From: Ginglymostoma cirratum
Taxonomy: Eukaryota
Direction of reading: 5' to 3'
Length of the DNA stretch: 64,000 nucleotides
Assembly: GCA_024137785.1 (NCBI GenBank)
Contig: JAHRHZ010000065.1
Coordinates: 18,215,590 to 18,279,589 of the forward strand
Below are positions 13,219 through 25,489 of this stretch, in pieces. The notes below the pieces were generated by a model. That model was not told the DNA's origin, did no database searches, and saw only the letters and a list, made by a program, of their open reading frames with translations. Every line of letters begins with the position of its first letter. Position 1 is the first letter of the stretch. A program made the translations under genes and the position numbers.

Positions 13219-15802
13219 GGTGACAATACACTGAACTACCCCACCCCGGGCCTCTGCCTTTGCTAAGTTGTGTGGTCTTTTCTGCAAGTTTGGGTGTTCA
13301 TGATGGTTTGTGTTGGGCAGAGGGAAGGACATTATTTGTAACGGGGGGAGATGACTGTTAGGAATGGTTGCGAGTTGGCTCTAGGCTGAGTGTGAGTGAG
13401 ACTATTGGCTTTTCAAATGGGAATGTGAGGCACCGGGAAAGAGCAAAATGCGTAGAAAATCAGTGTCCTGACCTGAGGATTACTGTGCGGAGGTCAAAGT
13501 CTGGTGTCTGGCACCTGAACGCATTATGCCACCCATCTCTCATTCCCTCTTATGATTCTTTCTGATGAGCTGCTAGCTTCCTCCATGACTTCCAACCACA
13601 CACTGATTGGATAGATGGGCCTTTCACATCCTTGGTTGAGCTCACTTCACTGCAGCCCATTCTATCCCACAACTTATTTCTAGGTAGGTGTGAGAGGCAC
13701 TAGGGAGGCAGCTTTCCTCCTTTCCTATGGTTGCTGTAGTCTCAAGAATCCAAGGGCTGGTGAGTCCTTAATTGTGACCCATGTTGTAATTACTTTATTT
13801 GGAAATTTTTCCTTTGACCGAATGGACATGTTATCCAGCCCGGCCTTCCTTATGGTACAAAAGTCTGGAGGAAATCCAACGGTTAGTTTGTTTTAGGATA
13901 CAGCAACAATCAGGCATGAAAATCAATCAGATCCTTACCTGAAAATGGCAGGGACTAAGCAAAATAAAAGGCCCAGTTCATCTTTTCTCCTAAGTAATAA
14001 ATCTAATAGTTCTCTGTGGTGTGCTTTCCAACATTGTTGTGTCAAGAATCGATTGAAAGAGAGTCAGTAAATGACTGACTGACTCACTTCCTTCGGCACT
14101 TGGCTCCTCTACTTGAAACCTCTTAATAGATGAAGCCTTCATGATAACAACATTGCTTAGCACTTTTGATTTGTTCACAGAATTCTAGTCCTGATTTTCT
14201 GGACCAACTCCAACACCAGTTCTGTCACTACTGAGCAATATTCTTATTCTTACTGTAATGTAGTTAGCAGCGTAGGTGCTAGAAAAGCCAATTCAATCCT
14301 TTGTGACTATTCTGTCATCCCCTTTCACAATGAGGCAACTCTTGTTTTTAACGGAAATTGACTAGGAATGGACCACAAATTGCAAGTTATTTGTAGTATT
14401 TGCCGAACTTGCCCTTCATTGCTAAAGTTCAAAAATTCTCATTCTCGTTTACACAATATACTGTGGTTTGTTGCACATAATCTGTGAGCTCCTCCAACTC
14501 TATATTTCTGCTTCTATCTCTTGCAGATCAGACTCCACCTAACTGTATGTGTGTTCCCTCCTTCCATTAATGGTGGAAACTTTAACTATTGGATTAGAGT
14601 GTTCAGGAATCCTGTTTCCAAATCCTAGTGCTGACTCACCTCAGCTTGGGAAGAGTTCCTCAGGAATGATCTTGTACTATGCCTTGTCTACTTCCACTAA
14701 CTCTTAGAACAGTGTCAACCTCAATGTCACATAAATCAAGAATCAAAATCTCAATTCAAGAAATTTGATAGATTAATTATAAATTGCTTCTTCTTCAATC
14801 ATAGATCAACGTGGATTGAAAGTTAGTTTCTGAACTTGATTGCTGATGTATTTAATCTTGAACAGGTCTGAATGTTTTCAATCTCCTGAGAGTCAGGAGA
14901 TGATGGGATGGTACAACAAGGAGGAGGATGCCTAGCAGCCTATTTCCATTCGTTTCTGGTAACTAGAGAGGTGGGCGCTTGATGCTTCATGGATTTGAGA
15001 CTCACAAGATTAAGTGAGGGGTAATTTTATTTAACAGCTGCATCTCTAGTGATAAATTTGAGCAAGTTGGTAGACCTGCTAACATCTGGCGTGTGTTTCT
15101 CCACCCCTTTTTCACAAGTGCTTTGGAATATCTTGCTGCTTTAGAGGCACTGCTTAGCTTCATATTACTGCTGCTGTCGACCACAAAAGTATATTTTGTA
15201 ATTTGTACTAAATCTTACATGTGAAGAAATTGCTTTTTTTAATGCCAGCAATAACAATTGTTTTAAATTTGATTACTGTGATGTGTTTTCTACTCCCAAT
15301 CCACTATAATGTGTTACATGATCCCCTCTAATCTATCTTTAATTTGCACTCTTGAGAATCAATAGATAATTAAAAGTCATGTGTTCAACTGGGAGGCACT
15401 TGCCTCCTGCTTGTAATATTTGGAGTGTTGGAGAAAATCCTCTTTTCAAAAAAAAAATTTAGGAAATTTGTCCTCTGGAGTTTTCTTACTTGTGCTTAAC
15501 CTTTTTAACAAAAAGGCAAATACTGCTTCAGATTCAAAAACCTAAAAATAAAAGCGGCACTTTTTGTGAGATAGATGGAAGGGGGATGGCATTAAATAAA
15601 CTGCTCATTTGGAGAATTGGGATAGATACACTGGGTTGAATAGCCCCTTTCAGTGCTGTTACAACCCTGTGGGTTGAAACTTATCAGGCTTTGAACAACA
15701 TGGGCACAATGAGAGGTAGAATCGGGCGAGATGTTTGGCAAGCCCATTTTGATGTTAAGTTTATCTAGTTTGCTTTTCTCAAGTGGTGTGGCAAGTTTAA
15801 AA

Positions 15803-15978
15803 ACATAGATAATAGGAACAGGAGAAGGTCATTTTGCCCTTCGAGCTTGCACTGCCATTCAATATGACAATGGCTGATCATCCTATTCGGTACCCAGTTC
15901 TTGCTTTCACTCCATACCCTTTCATCCCTTTAGCCCTAAGAATGACATCTTTCTTTTTCTTGAAAACATTCAAGGATC
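15803..15978 (-). mobile_element. CR1 LINE 3' tail fragment
   Basis: 'ataggaacaggagaaggtcattttgcccttcgagcttgcactgccattcaatatgacaatggctgatc' is a typical CR1 3' UTR in reverse. Confidence 0.8.
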
Positions 15979-15999
15979 CCAGTTGTTGCTTGTTAAATG

Positions 16000-17424
16000 C
16001 CTTGGCAACGGCACAATTCATTCTGAGTTATGAATTTAGCAAATTCACCACATGAACTAGCCATTGGGAAAACTCGACATAGAAACCAGAGAAATCCTTA
16101 GCAGGTTCAACTCACCACTTGCTCCAGATGACCTCCATATGGAACACAGGACATCGACATCCCAGAGTATGCTCCATGGGCACTGGCCACGTGCACCTTC
16201 CTTCCACGGATGTTGGCATTCAACAATTGCCAGCTTCTGTGAATGCTCACGGTACATCTACGATCTGCTTCCTGGATGCTTCTGCACTTTAATGATACAC
16301 CTTAGGCTACACAGCCAACTATCATTGTAATGCTGCAGCAAGGACACTTTGCTCTCAGGGACATGGTATTATTGAGAATGAAAGTGGTTGGCTAAGGCTG
16401 TTACTGTTGCTGTAGGTGGGTTGGTGTCCCAAGTGAGCGAGTAGGCAGACCGTAGGGTGTGAGTGTTGAGAGGTGTAGGTATATAGTATTGGGATGGGTG
16501 AGAGCATGTGAAGGAAATGTTGCAGTGAGAGTGGTAGAGGATAAGCTTTGTTAGGAGCTGGATACAGTACTAGATAATGAGTATTAGGTATTGGAGAGGA
16601 GATGGTGGCACTTACTCTGGTGGAATGGAGAAAGTCATTCACCTTCTTCCTACATTTGTGGGTATTCCTGAAGAAGGCTGAGACTGTTCTAACCCAGGTG
16701 GCAACCTTGACCTGGTGATCATAGATCATTGAGTCCCTACAATGTGGAAACAGCCCTTTTGCCCCAGCAAGTCCACACCAACCCTCAGAGCATCCTACCC
16801 AGATGCATCCCCCTATAACCCACCTAATCTACACATCTCTGAACACTACAGGCAATTTAACATGGCCAAACCACCTAGTCTTTGGGCTGTGGGAGGAAAC
16901 CAGATCGCCCGGAGGAAACCCACGCACACACAGGGAGAATGCGCAAACTCCACACAGACAGTCGCCCGAGGGTGGACTCGAACCGTGATCCCTGATGCTG
17001 TGAGACAGCAGTGCTAACCACTGAGCCATCGTTTCTCCCTAGGTCTGGTGTCATGGTCTTCACTTCGGGTCTTGGAGGAGAAGGATATCCTACCTATGGA
17101 CCACCTTGTACTAAAGGGCCTCCAGGTCCATCCTCCAAAGCCAGGTGCTGACTTCCCCCTTCTACCTTGTCCATATCAAATCTCAGGAACCGTGCAGGGT
17201 AGCTCAAGAATTGTGGATGCACAATGACCTTTTTAAGTATGGGACCAGGGATTTAGATCACTTTTGGGATCTCTGGTGTTTTGCTCTGGGAATGGCATAT
17301 GGTAAGATGGGGTGGAAATTGGACATGATATTTGCCATAAGGGCTGAAATGCTGATTCATATGGTGAGTTTGGTAACTTACGGTGTGAAAACTTGATTGG
17401 CCCCTCAGAGCAAGAATCACCCCA
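16000..17424 (-). mobile_element. Harbinger-like DNA transposon relic with Myb/SANT-like gene (copy 1), split by a SINE
   Basis: Minus strand reads GKSAPGFG..DLEAL..[SINE]..KCRKKVNDFLHSTR, then donor GTAAGT (~16610-16615). Terminal-like 'gaatcacccc' near 17424. Confidence 0.6.
16719..17039 (-). mobile_element. tRNA-derived V-SINE (HE1-type) nested in the Myb-like exon
   Basis: A box TGGCTCAGTGG, B box GGTTCGAGTCC, V-domain and CR1-like tail. Both flanks carry 'ctggtg(a)tcat'. Confidence 0.9.
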
Positions 17425-18034
17425 CCATACTCCGTGTGATTTGCATTTAGCTGGACAGTAAAGGATTTTTTAGCCATGCAACATTTACTGGAGTATAATC
17501 CTGAAGCATTATCAATTTTTAAATGATTGGCAATGAGTTATGCTCATCAGATTTCAATTACACAGTTATCGCTGGCTAGACTCTTGGCTGCTTCTATTAA
17601 CACATTGCAATCTTCTGTTTATCTCTGTGCCCTTTTTGCAGACTGTTTGTTTGTTTTTTGTCAGAATCTTTTCATTGTTTATCTCTGTCTATTGTCATCT
17701 CAACCACTTATATTGATATTCGCCATATGTTTTCACACTGCAAAATATTCTTGTTTGCTCCAAATTTTTGACAGCATTACTCTGTGCTTCTGTCATCCTG
17801 AGCCTAATGTTAACTCTCTTGTTTTCCACTTAATGCATGATAGGTTTTGGAAGGAAGGTGGAGAGAGATTAAATGAATGTAAAATAATGAAGTGTTACAA
17901 ATAGTACAATATTTTCTGGAGAAGTCCAGGTAAAGAGGCCATCACAACTGTACACTATTCCCAGGCATCTTCCAGAACAAAAACAGGATAATCATTAAAT
18001 TTATAGTAAAGAATATATGTATAAAATAGAATTA

Positions 18035-18600
18035 TATAGAAGAACAAAGAACAGTAGTGCACAGGAACAGGCCCTTTGGCCCTCCATGCTGAAACATTTT
18101 GCCCTTCCATACTAAAACTGTCTTCACTTACAGAATCTGTATCCCTCTGTTCTCTTCCTATTCATGTATTTGTCCAAGTGCTTCTTGAATGCTGTTATTG
18201 CGTCTGCTTCCACCACCCCTGGCAATGTGTTCCAGGCACTTGCCACACCGTGTGTGAAAAATTTGCCTCACACATCTCTTTTAAGCATTCCCTCACACCT
18301 TGAACCTGTCTCCCCTAGTAATTGACCCCTCCACCCGAGGAAAAAGCCTCATACTTTCCACTCTATCCATGCCATTCACAGTCTTATATATTTCTATCAG
18401 GTCGCCCCTCAACCTCCTGCATTCCAGTGAAAACAGACCCAGTCTGTCCAAGCTTTCTTCATAGCTAAAATCCCCCAAACCAGGCAACATCCTGGTAAAC
18501 CCTTTCTGTACCCTGACCAAAGCATCCACATCCTTCTGTAGTGTCGTGACCAGAACTGTATGCAATATTCCAAGTGTGGCGTAACTAAAGTTCTATAAAG
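18035..18600 (-). mobile_element. CR1 LINE 3' fragment
   Basis: ORF 18293-18565: ALVRVQKGFTRMLPGL...SYEESLDRLGLFSLECRRLRGDLIEIYK, the canonical CR1 C-terminus. Confidence 0.92.
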
Positions 18601-18744
18601 ATTTAATTATATATATATATAATGAAGTCTTAGGCTCCATGTGTTGGTGGCAAATGCTAAATATCATAATTATAACTGTAAAATAAAAACTGAATAATAT
18701 TTAAAAATACAATCATTAGAAAACAAAGAATAATTGTTACTGAA

Positions 18745-20212
18745 CTGCAGGTGGTTGTGTTCCCTTGACTCTGCTGCCCATGTCCTCCCGGATGGTCGAG
18801 GTCATGAGTTTGGAAGACACTGTTGAAAGAGGCTTCACGTGTTTCTAAAGTTTGTCTTGTACACACTGATGCAGTGTGGTACAGACATCACAAAATGCTG
18901 CCACTGTGTGTCACTGGTGGAGAGAGTGAATGTTTATAGTGATCGGTGGGGTGCCAATCAGGCCTGGTGTCAAGCTTCTTGCGTGTTGTTGGAGCTGCAC
19001 TCATCCAGGCAAGTAGGGAGTATTCCATCACATTCTTGGCTTGGGGTTTGTAAATAGTGGACAGACTTTGTGGAGTCAGCATGTGAGTTACTCACTGCAG
19101 TATTCCTGACCTCTGACTTGCTCTTGTAGCCACTGTATTTATATGGCTGTTCTAGTTCAGTTTTTGGTCAATTATGTTGTGTCTGATTAGATCCTGTTAC
19201 AGTGCTTCATTGCATTAGGCTGAGAGCAAACCTAGTGACCCTGAATGAAAAATTCTGGGTCAAGATTAATATACTGCTCCCAGCTATGACTACATTGAAA
19301 ATCCTATAAAGTTCTAAGATGTTTAAGTCAGGTAAATTAACTACTGAATTTTAGAACTCTCTCTGCATTACTCTGAGAAATGAGATGTATAGCAAATAAA
19401 TGTGGAACTGGAAAAGCACAGCAGGTCAGGGAAATCAACATTTTGGGCTGAAACCCTTTGTCAGGGCTAGCAAAGGGTTTTGGTCTGAAACGTTGATCTC
19501 CCTGCTCCTCGGATGCTGTCTGACCTGCTGTGCTTTTCCAGATCGACATTTATTGATTCTAGCTTCCAGCATCTGCAGTCCTTATTGTCTCCAAGATATA
19601 TAGCAATTTGTTTCAAACATAACAGATGGTAACCCCCAGGCAGTGATTGATGGAGGATTCAGCAATGGTAATGCCACTAAATGCCAAGGGGAGATGGTTA
19701 GATTCTCTCTTCTTGGAGATGGTCACTCTGTGACATTTGTGTGGCACCACTGTTAGATGTTATCTGACCAGGACTGCTTCAGTATCTGAGGAGTTGAGTG
19801 GTGCTGAACATTGTGCAATCATTGGTCAACATTCCCAATTCTTACCTTTTTTATGGAGGAAGGAAAATCAGTGAAGAAGCTGAAGATGGCTGGGCCTAGG
19901 ATGCTATCCTACAGAACTCCTGAAGTGATTCCTTGGACTGAGATGACTGACCTCCCGACAACCACAAAATTATTTCTTTATACTAGGCATGACTCCATCC
20001 AGCAGTGGGTTTTCCTCCTAATTCCTATTGACGTCATCTTTGCTAGGGCCTTTTGATCCCATTCTTTGTCACATGATGCCTTGATGTCAAGGGAAGTCAC
20101 TCTTACCCCACCTCTGACATTCAGCTCTTTTGCCAGCTTGGACCAAGGCTGTAATGAGGTCAGGAGGTGAGTGACCCTGGAAGAACCCAAACTGAGCATC
20201 AATGAGCAGATT
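18745..20212 (-). mobile_element. Second LINE family (CR1/L2 group), split by an insert of about 470 bp
   Basis: Colinear with 28770-29950. Contains SLDIKASCDKEW, a decayed ALDIKAAFDRVW. Broken at 'ggtcaat|ggtaacc' (about 19151 to 19628). Confidence 0.85.
19396..19593. mobile_element. Penelope-like palindromic element with 13-bp TSD
   Basis: Arms 'ctggaaaagcacagcaggtcag' and 'ctgacctgctgtgcttttccag' are perfectly complementary over 22 bp. Flanked by AGATGTATAGCAA (19383-19395) and AGATATATAGCAA (19594-19606). Confidence 0.85.
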
Positions 20213-21377
20213 AATTAGATGAACTCCTAATAATTCCAAATGAAAGCAAAATAAATTGGATCCAGAGGACTTAAATGCGAGTAAATTTCAAACAACTATT
20301 TGGTAATATTCTTTTAATGAGTGCTGAGCAAGAAATGCTATTAAAGAAAACGTTATGACTGGTTAATTTAATAACTGAATGGACTTCTTTGAGGTAAGTG
20401 GCCTTTCTGATTTGTATTTTCTAGTTTAGGGTCAAGTTATTTGCACAAGCTGTCAGTCCTCCACCTCTTGTTCCTTCTAAGCAGGCTGCTTGTGAATTGC
20501 AAAATGTAAACAATGATTACAGATATATATCATTGTTCTTTTGGATTCCACTCCTACAGTCGTTTACACACCATTTGTGCATGTGCCCCAATCATGTGAT
20601 CTCCTTATTTCTTTCATTAATTACGAATAAAAATGACTTTTCCAATTTTTTTTCCCTTTAAAATGCCAAAAGTGACCCAAAATATTTTTGAGATTATTAA
20701 CGCTCCTTTTCTGTATAAAACACTTAATGACACCAATGAAAGGTGGTATTGACTTCCCAGACTTGAACTGTGGGATCTGGAACTGCTTTGCACTTTGCTG
20801 TCTAATATGTTACGTCAAATTTGAATGAGCCTTTAGTTCATTATTAGTGTATTTTTTGTAAATGTGGAATGTTTGAAAATTTGTTTGTGAAATGTATTTG
20901 TAATTGGCTTTTTCTGTAGTTCTCTCCCAGATTTTTAGTTCTGTACACTTCATCAATGACAGATGCCACATGCTATGTCCTGACTAAGAGTGTCAACTCT
21001 AGTTTGCCCTCCAGTCAGTGTGAACCATTGCTACTAATCCATCATATATCAGAATGAGAGTTTTTGGTTTGAGTTTTGGTGCAAATAAGCTGTAAATAAT
21101 TGCATAGAACCACTAGTCAATATGACACAAATTCAGCTTATTGAAACCAATGGTGTTTGCTGAGCAAGTAGCCATTACACTCATGGGATGACCAATGATT
21201 GACATTATTTTTGTCCTCTGGGAGAAAATATCCTTTTGTTATCAATCACTTCACAAGTACTTTGGCCAAAAGGTTTTAAAATGTGTTTCTGTTGAGGTTT
21301 GGCAGGCTGAGATGATCTGGCGACTAAATTTGTGAATTCAAATGGGAATGGACGCTGTAATATTTTTGCTGTTGCAG

Positions 21378-21449
21378 CATCTGCTTACATGTTCATAAAT
21401 ATTGGAAAGCTGAAAGTTGAAGAATACTCTCGCTGTTGGCTTGAACACT
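21378..21449 (+). CDS. Candidate internal exon, 72 nt, phase 1-1: (x)SAYMFINIGKLKVEEYSRCWLEH
   Basis: Acceptor 'tatttttgctgttgcag', donor 'act|gtaagt', only one open frame. No protein recognised. Confidence 0.25.
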
Positions 21450-21529
21450 GTAAGTTCAAACACTTGATTTGATTATTTTTAAAAAATTGTAAATGTAAAA
21501 TGAAAATCATGTTATATTTGGCTTCTATT

Positions 21530-21860
21530 ACCCCAGGCTAGAGAGGATCAAAATCAATTTGGGTGTGAGCTCCTGGTTACTATCCAGTGACCCCATGCTA
21601 GGAAATACATGTGCAGCTCTCATAAAGGAACAGAAACAAGTTCCTGTGCTTGTTAGAAATCTGAAAAATGGTAACTGCATTGAATTTGGCATTGATACTC
21701 CCCATCCCTTCTACTCCTGGCAGAGAAGCATTTTTGTCAGCTAGAGTGACAGGTGAAGGATGACCACTTGTGCAAGATACCAGAGGGTCACTGGAGCTCA
21801 CTGAACCATACCCTTGTATGAGTCACAGCCTTCAGGAGAACCTTGGGAGATGGAGGGAAG
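21530..21860 (+). mobile_element. Ancient SINE-like repeat
   Basis: GC-richer island ('ctcctggttactatccagtgacccc...gaaggatgaccacttg...accagaggg') resembling old chondrichthyan SINEs from memory. Not confirmed. Confidence 0.3.
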
Positions 21861-22570
21861 AAATCAGCAACGTACACACAGAAGCCTGAAAAGCGCTGTA
21901 ACAGTAAAAGCACAGTGGTGTCTGTTCAGCAAAACAATGAAACTGTATCAAATATTATATTTCTCATCTCATTCATAGCCTGTACTTACTATTGCATTTT
22001 ATATATATTTTCAGTTTTTATCAGAAGTAAAGATAAAATCACTTTATGAAGTGCAAACATTTTCATTTCCATATTTTCAAAGCTGTAAAGGTGACTGAGT
22101 TTATTGTAATCCTAATCCATGAAGGCAGCTAGATCATAAAAAGGGACAGAGTTTCATTTATATTGCTAAATAGATCATGAAACACTAATGCTGTTTAAAA
22201 ATGCTGTCTAACTGAAGCAGACTTCTAAGGTATTATTTCTCCATGATGCTTTCATATCGCATACTGTAGCTTCTTTTGTTGATATTCACAGCAACATACT
22301 TTTTAAAAATCTGATAGTGTATATGTTGTGTCACCCAAACAGAATCATTGAGGTTATTTTTGATATGTTCCTGCCTCACGATTTTTCTGAATATAACAAA
22401 CACATGAACCTCAATCTCATCTGTGTTCGGTTTAGTTTGGCACTGGTTTTATTGGATTTTTATTCTGTTTGATTTTATTTCTCATGGACAGAGTGGTTTA
22501 AATCAAGACGGTTGTGACTAGTATACCATTGTACGGTAGAGGGTTTTAGACTATTTTCATGAACTTTACC

Positions 22571-22641
22571 ATCTACGTGTATAATGTTCGAGTTTAATGT
22601 CAGAAAATCGTTGATTCAGATGTGGTAAACAGGCTGCCTCC
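22571..22641 (-). CDS. Candidate exon, 71 nt: EAACLPHLNQRFSDIKLEHYTR(R)
   Basis: Minus-strand acceptor 'tattgtttctaaag', donor 'atg|gtaaag', open frame with several retained CpGs. Phase does not join directly to the 25.5-kb candidate. Confidence 0.2.
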
Positions 22642-24994
22642 TTTAGAAACAATATATTCTCTCCTAATGATCAACAAACTTTACCACAGGTTTTTCTTCC
22701 AATCACAGGTTTTAAATTTATGGGATAACCTGAGAGTGAACTATTTGGGTGGAACTTTGACACAAGTAAACTGGAGAACTGGGAAAGATGGGGAAAGAAA
22801 CCATGAAATGACAGATATATGCAACAATGTAAACCAAGCAGCCAGATTGTAATTTTGACCAGGAGGACATTGTCACTTAATTTCTCTGCTTTTAATTCTA
22901 AATAGTTCAGCCGGGCGCAAGAGCATGACATTATTTTGGTTCATAACTTACCATAACTTGGCCACAATGGTTTTCAATCAAAAAGAACTTAAACAATTTT
23001 GAATATAAATAAACTTATTTAGACAACAGCGCTTCTTAGCTCGATTCAGTGCTTCAGTGGACTAAATACTGTGAGAGAATAGATGTTCAGATGACAATAA
23101 ACAGACAGTTAATGTCAAGTTTCTCTCTTGCCATCCTGATTAGTAGACAGTTTTAAGGGGAACATTGACAGAGAAATGGAAAGCACTAAACTCGATTCTT
23201 TTGTGGTGAATCAAAGTGCTAAAGATTGAGATGAAATAGCAAGGGTAAGAAAAATAACTTCTAACAATGTTTTATTTGAGTGGCTTATTCTTGCCCCTGA
23301 TTATTGTTATGATCTAAGATGGAAGTAAGGTACTTGAAGTTCAAGTTGAAAAACACAGAGGGTTTTTATTTTAAACGCTCTGGTAGATGGAATTCCTGAA
23401 GTTGAATTTCTTTAGTTATTTTCATTTTATTTGTTCACAACAGTTTGATACATTTTAAAATTATTTATGCAAGTAGTGACTGGACCTTGACTACTGGACC
23501 TTGATAAGCATAAAGCATAAATATTTGGCCTTCAACACCAAATGATTAATACATTTCCAGTTAGCCCTTTAATTCTGACTCAGCTGATTGAATTCTAACT
23601 TAGGTACACTTTCTGGTGCTACAATTCTGGACTGGTTTTGCCAGTTCCATTATTAAAATTTCATCTTGAGCCTCTTTGTTTCATACACTAATCATTTTAC
23701 TAGCTGTTTGATTTCTTTCTTGGTTCTCCTGCAGGTTCCTTCATCTTGTTCTGGCTGCATCCCATGCTGTCCCAGCTCACTGAACATTTTCCTGGCATAA
23801 ACTATTCATCAGCGGTAGCTGTGAAGAGATCACTAATGTTGATTGATAGGCTGACTATGCAGCAAGCTTTTGGTGATACAAGTCAGAAGTAATAATGATT
23901 TATTTTCTTAATTGAAGGAAAAATAAGCTTGATACCAAGCATAAAGGAAGAAAGGCTCATGAAAGAGAAAGGGCAAACATTACAACAAAGACAATAAAGC
24001 AGAATCAATTGGAATCCATTAAAATTCCACAAATTAAAATGAGTTAGCATTTCACACAGCTTTATTTATGAATTTTTAGCCACTTAGTGTTTCCATAAAT
24101 TTAAGCTAGATCATTTCATCTAAGGAGCAGAGCAATAATTAGCCATCGGTGCATCATGTTACATTTAGCACAGATCCATGCGGTGATCCATATGCATTTC
24201 GCCATTGTCAGAATTTGGGAATTTTGAATTAACTTCTCATTTTCTAGGGACTAATTTATATTCTTACTAATAAATGATGGGTGTATTAATAAATGGTGTT
24301 TGCTGCTAATTTGAAAATTGATGCTATCTATTGATCTAGTTTTACTAAAACTAAGATACATTTCCAAGGTTTATAAATTTGCATTAATGTTATTGATTTG
24401 GCATCTGTTATTTGCATTAAGTTAATAAGTAAATTGACCTGCATAAGTTTTAAAAATGATTTGTGTTATTTGAGTTTGCTGTTTTACTTAGTGGTATTAT
24501 TAAAATGATTTTTGTGGGCAACTATTGTACCTTTAGAATATTTCTGTCAGTTAGCTGAATCCAGTGTAACTTATTCAAGTCACCATTACCTCATTCAGGA
24601 AGGCACATTGCAATACAAGACTGGTTCAGGAGAATTGGAGCAGATCTACATTTTATCAATGAAAGTGTATTTTCTAGTTGTTGGAGCTGGCACGTGGCAA
24701 TGATGCCAAGTTCAATTTTCTGTACATTTAACAAGTTTGTGCTGTGAGCTATCATTGTCATCAGGAGTAGAAGGGAAGTTCCCATAGGCAATATAATGGG
24801 TACCTAAAAGTTAGGAAAATAATTATCCATCCGTCAATGCTGAGATTGCCACTGTATATTAAATCTTGGTTTACAAAGTCATGGTTGTAAAATTTCTGAC
24901 TATTCCAGCACACCCCAGGCTGACCTCCTATCTTACGTAAACTTGAAGCCTTCCAAAACTGTGCTTCCAGTTTCCTTACTTGCTCCCAAGTCTC

Positions 24995-25225
24995 GTTCAC
25001 CAATCATCCCTGTGCTTACGGACTTCTATGGGCTCTTGTTTAAATGGCACCTTGGTTTTTACATTCAAATTCTATTGCATGTAAAGGTAGTGCCGAGTGG
25101 GTTTTGCCAGTAAATATTAGGTCATCAAAAGTTTGATCAAAGGGACAGGTCTTAAAGAGTGCCTTCGGAGGACAGATGGAGAGGTGGAGAAGTTTTTAGG
25201 GAGGAAATTCCAGAGTTTAAGACTT
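24995..25225. mobile_element. L2-type LINE fragments
   Basis: 'tcaccaatcatccctgtgcttacggacttctatgggctc' resembles SPITPVLxDLHWL. It is followed by an inverted L2 3' piece ('gagaggtggagaag...agggaggaaattccagag'). Confidence 0.55.
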
Positions 25226-25489
25226 CTGATGATCTACGTTTTTATGTTTGTGTGTCAACATTTGTTCATGCTATTGTGGAGTTGGGACAATTTCCTGTTC
25301 TAAAGGTGCTACTCAAACGTAAGTTATTGTAATAAAAGAGAGAGGCCCGGGGAAGCAGGTCACAAAATCAGAATCATGCACCTGGGGGAGAGAATAGCTT
25401 CACCCACTTCCTACTTCTTCTGTCCCAATTTTACAGATGAGATATTCAGCCTATTTTCCCAAGAGAGTTAGGGATTCAAGGTTTCTTAC

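Noticed and set aside
23735-23892. Strong plus-strand acceptor with frame SFILFWLHPMLSQLTEHFPG...
   Set aside because: No convincing donor before the stop, and the peptide is not recognisable. Kept only as part of the repeat-free block.
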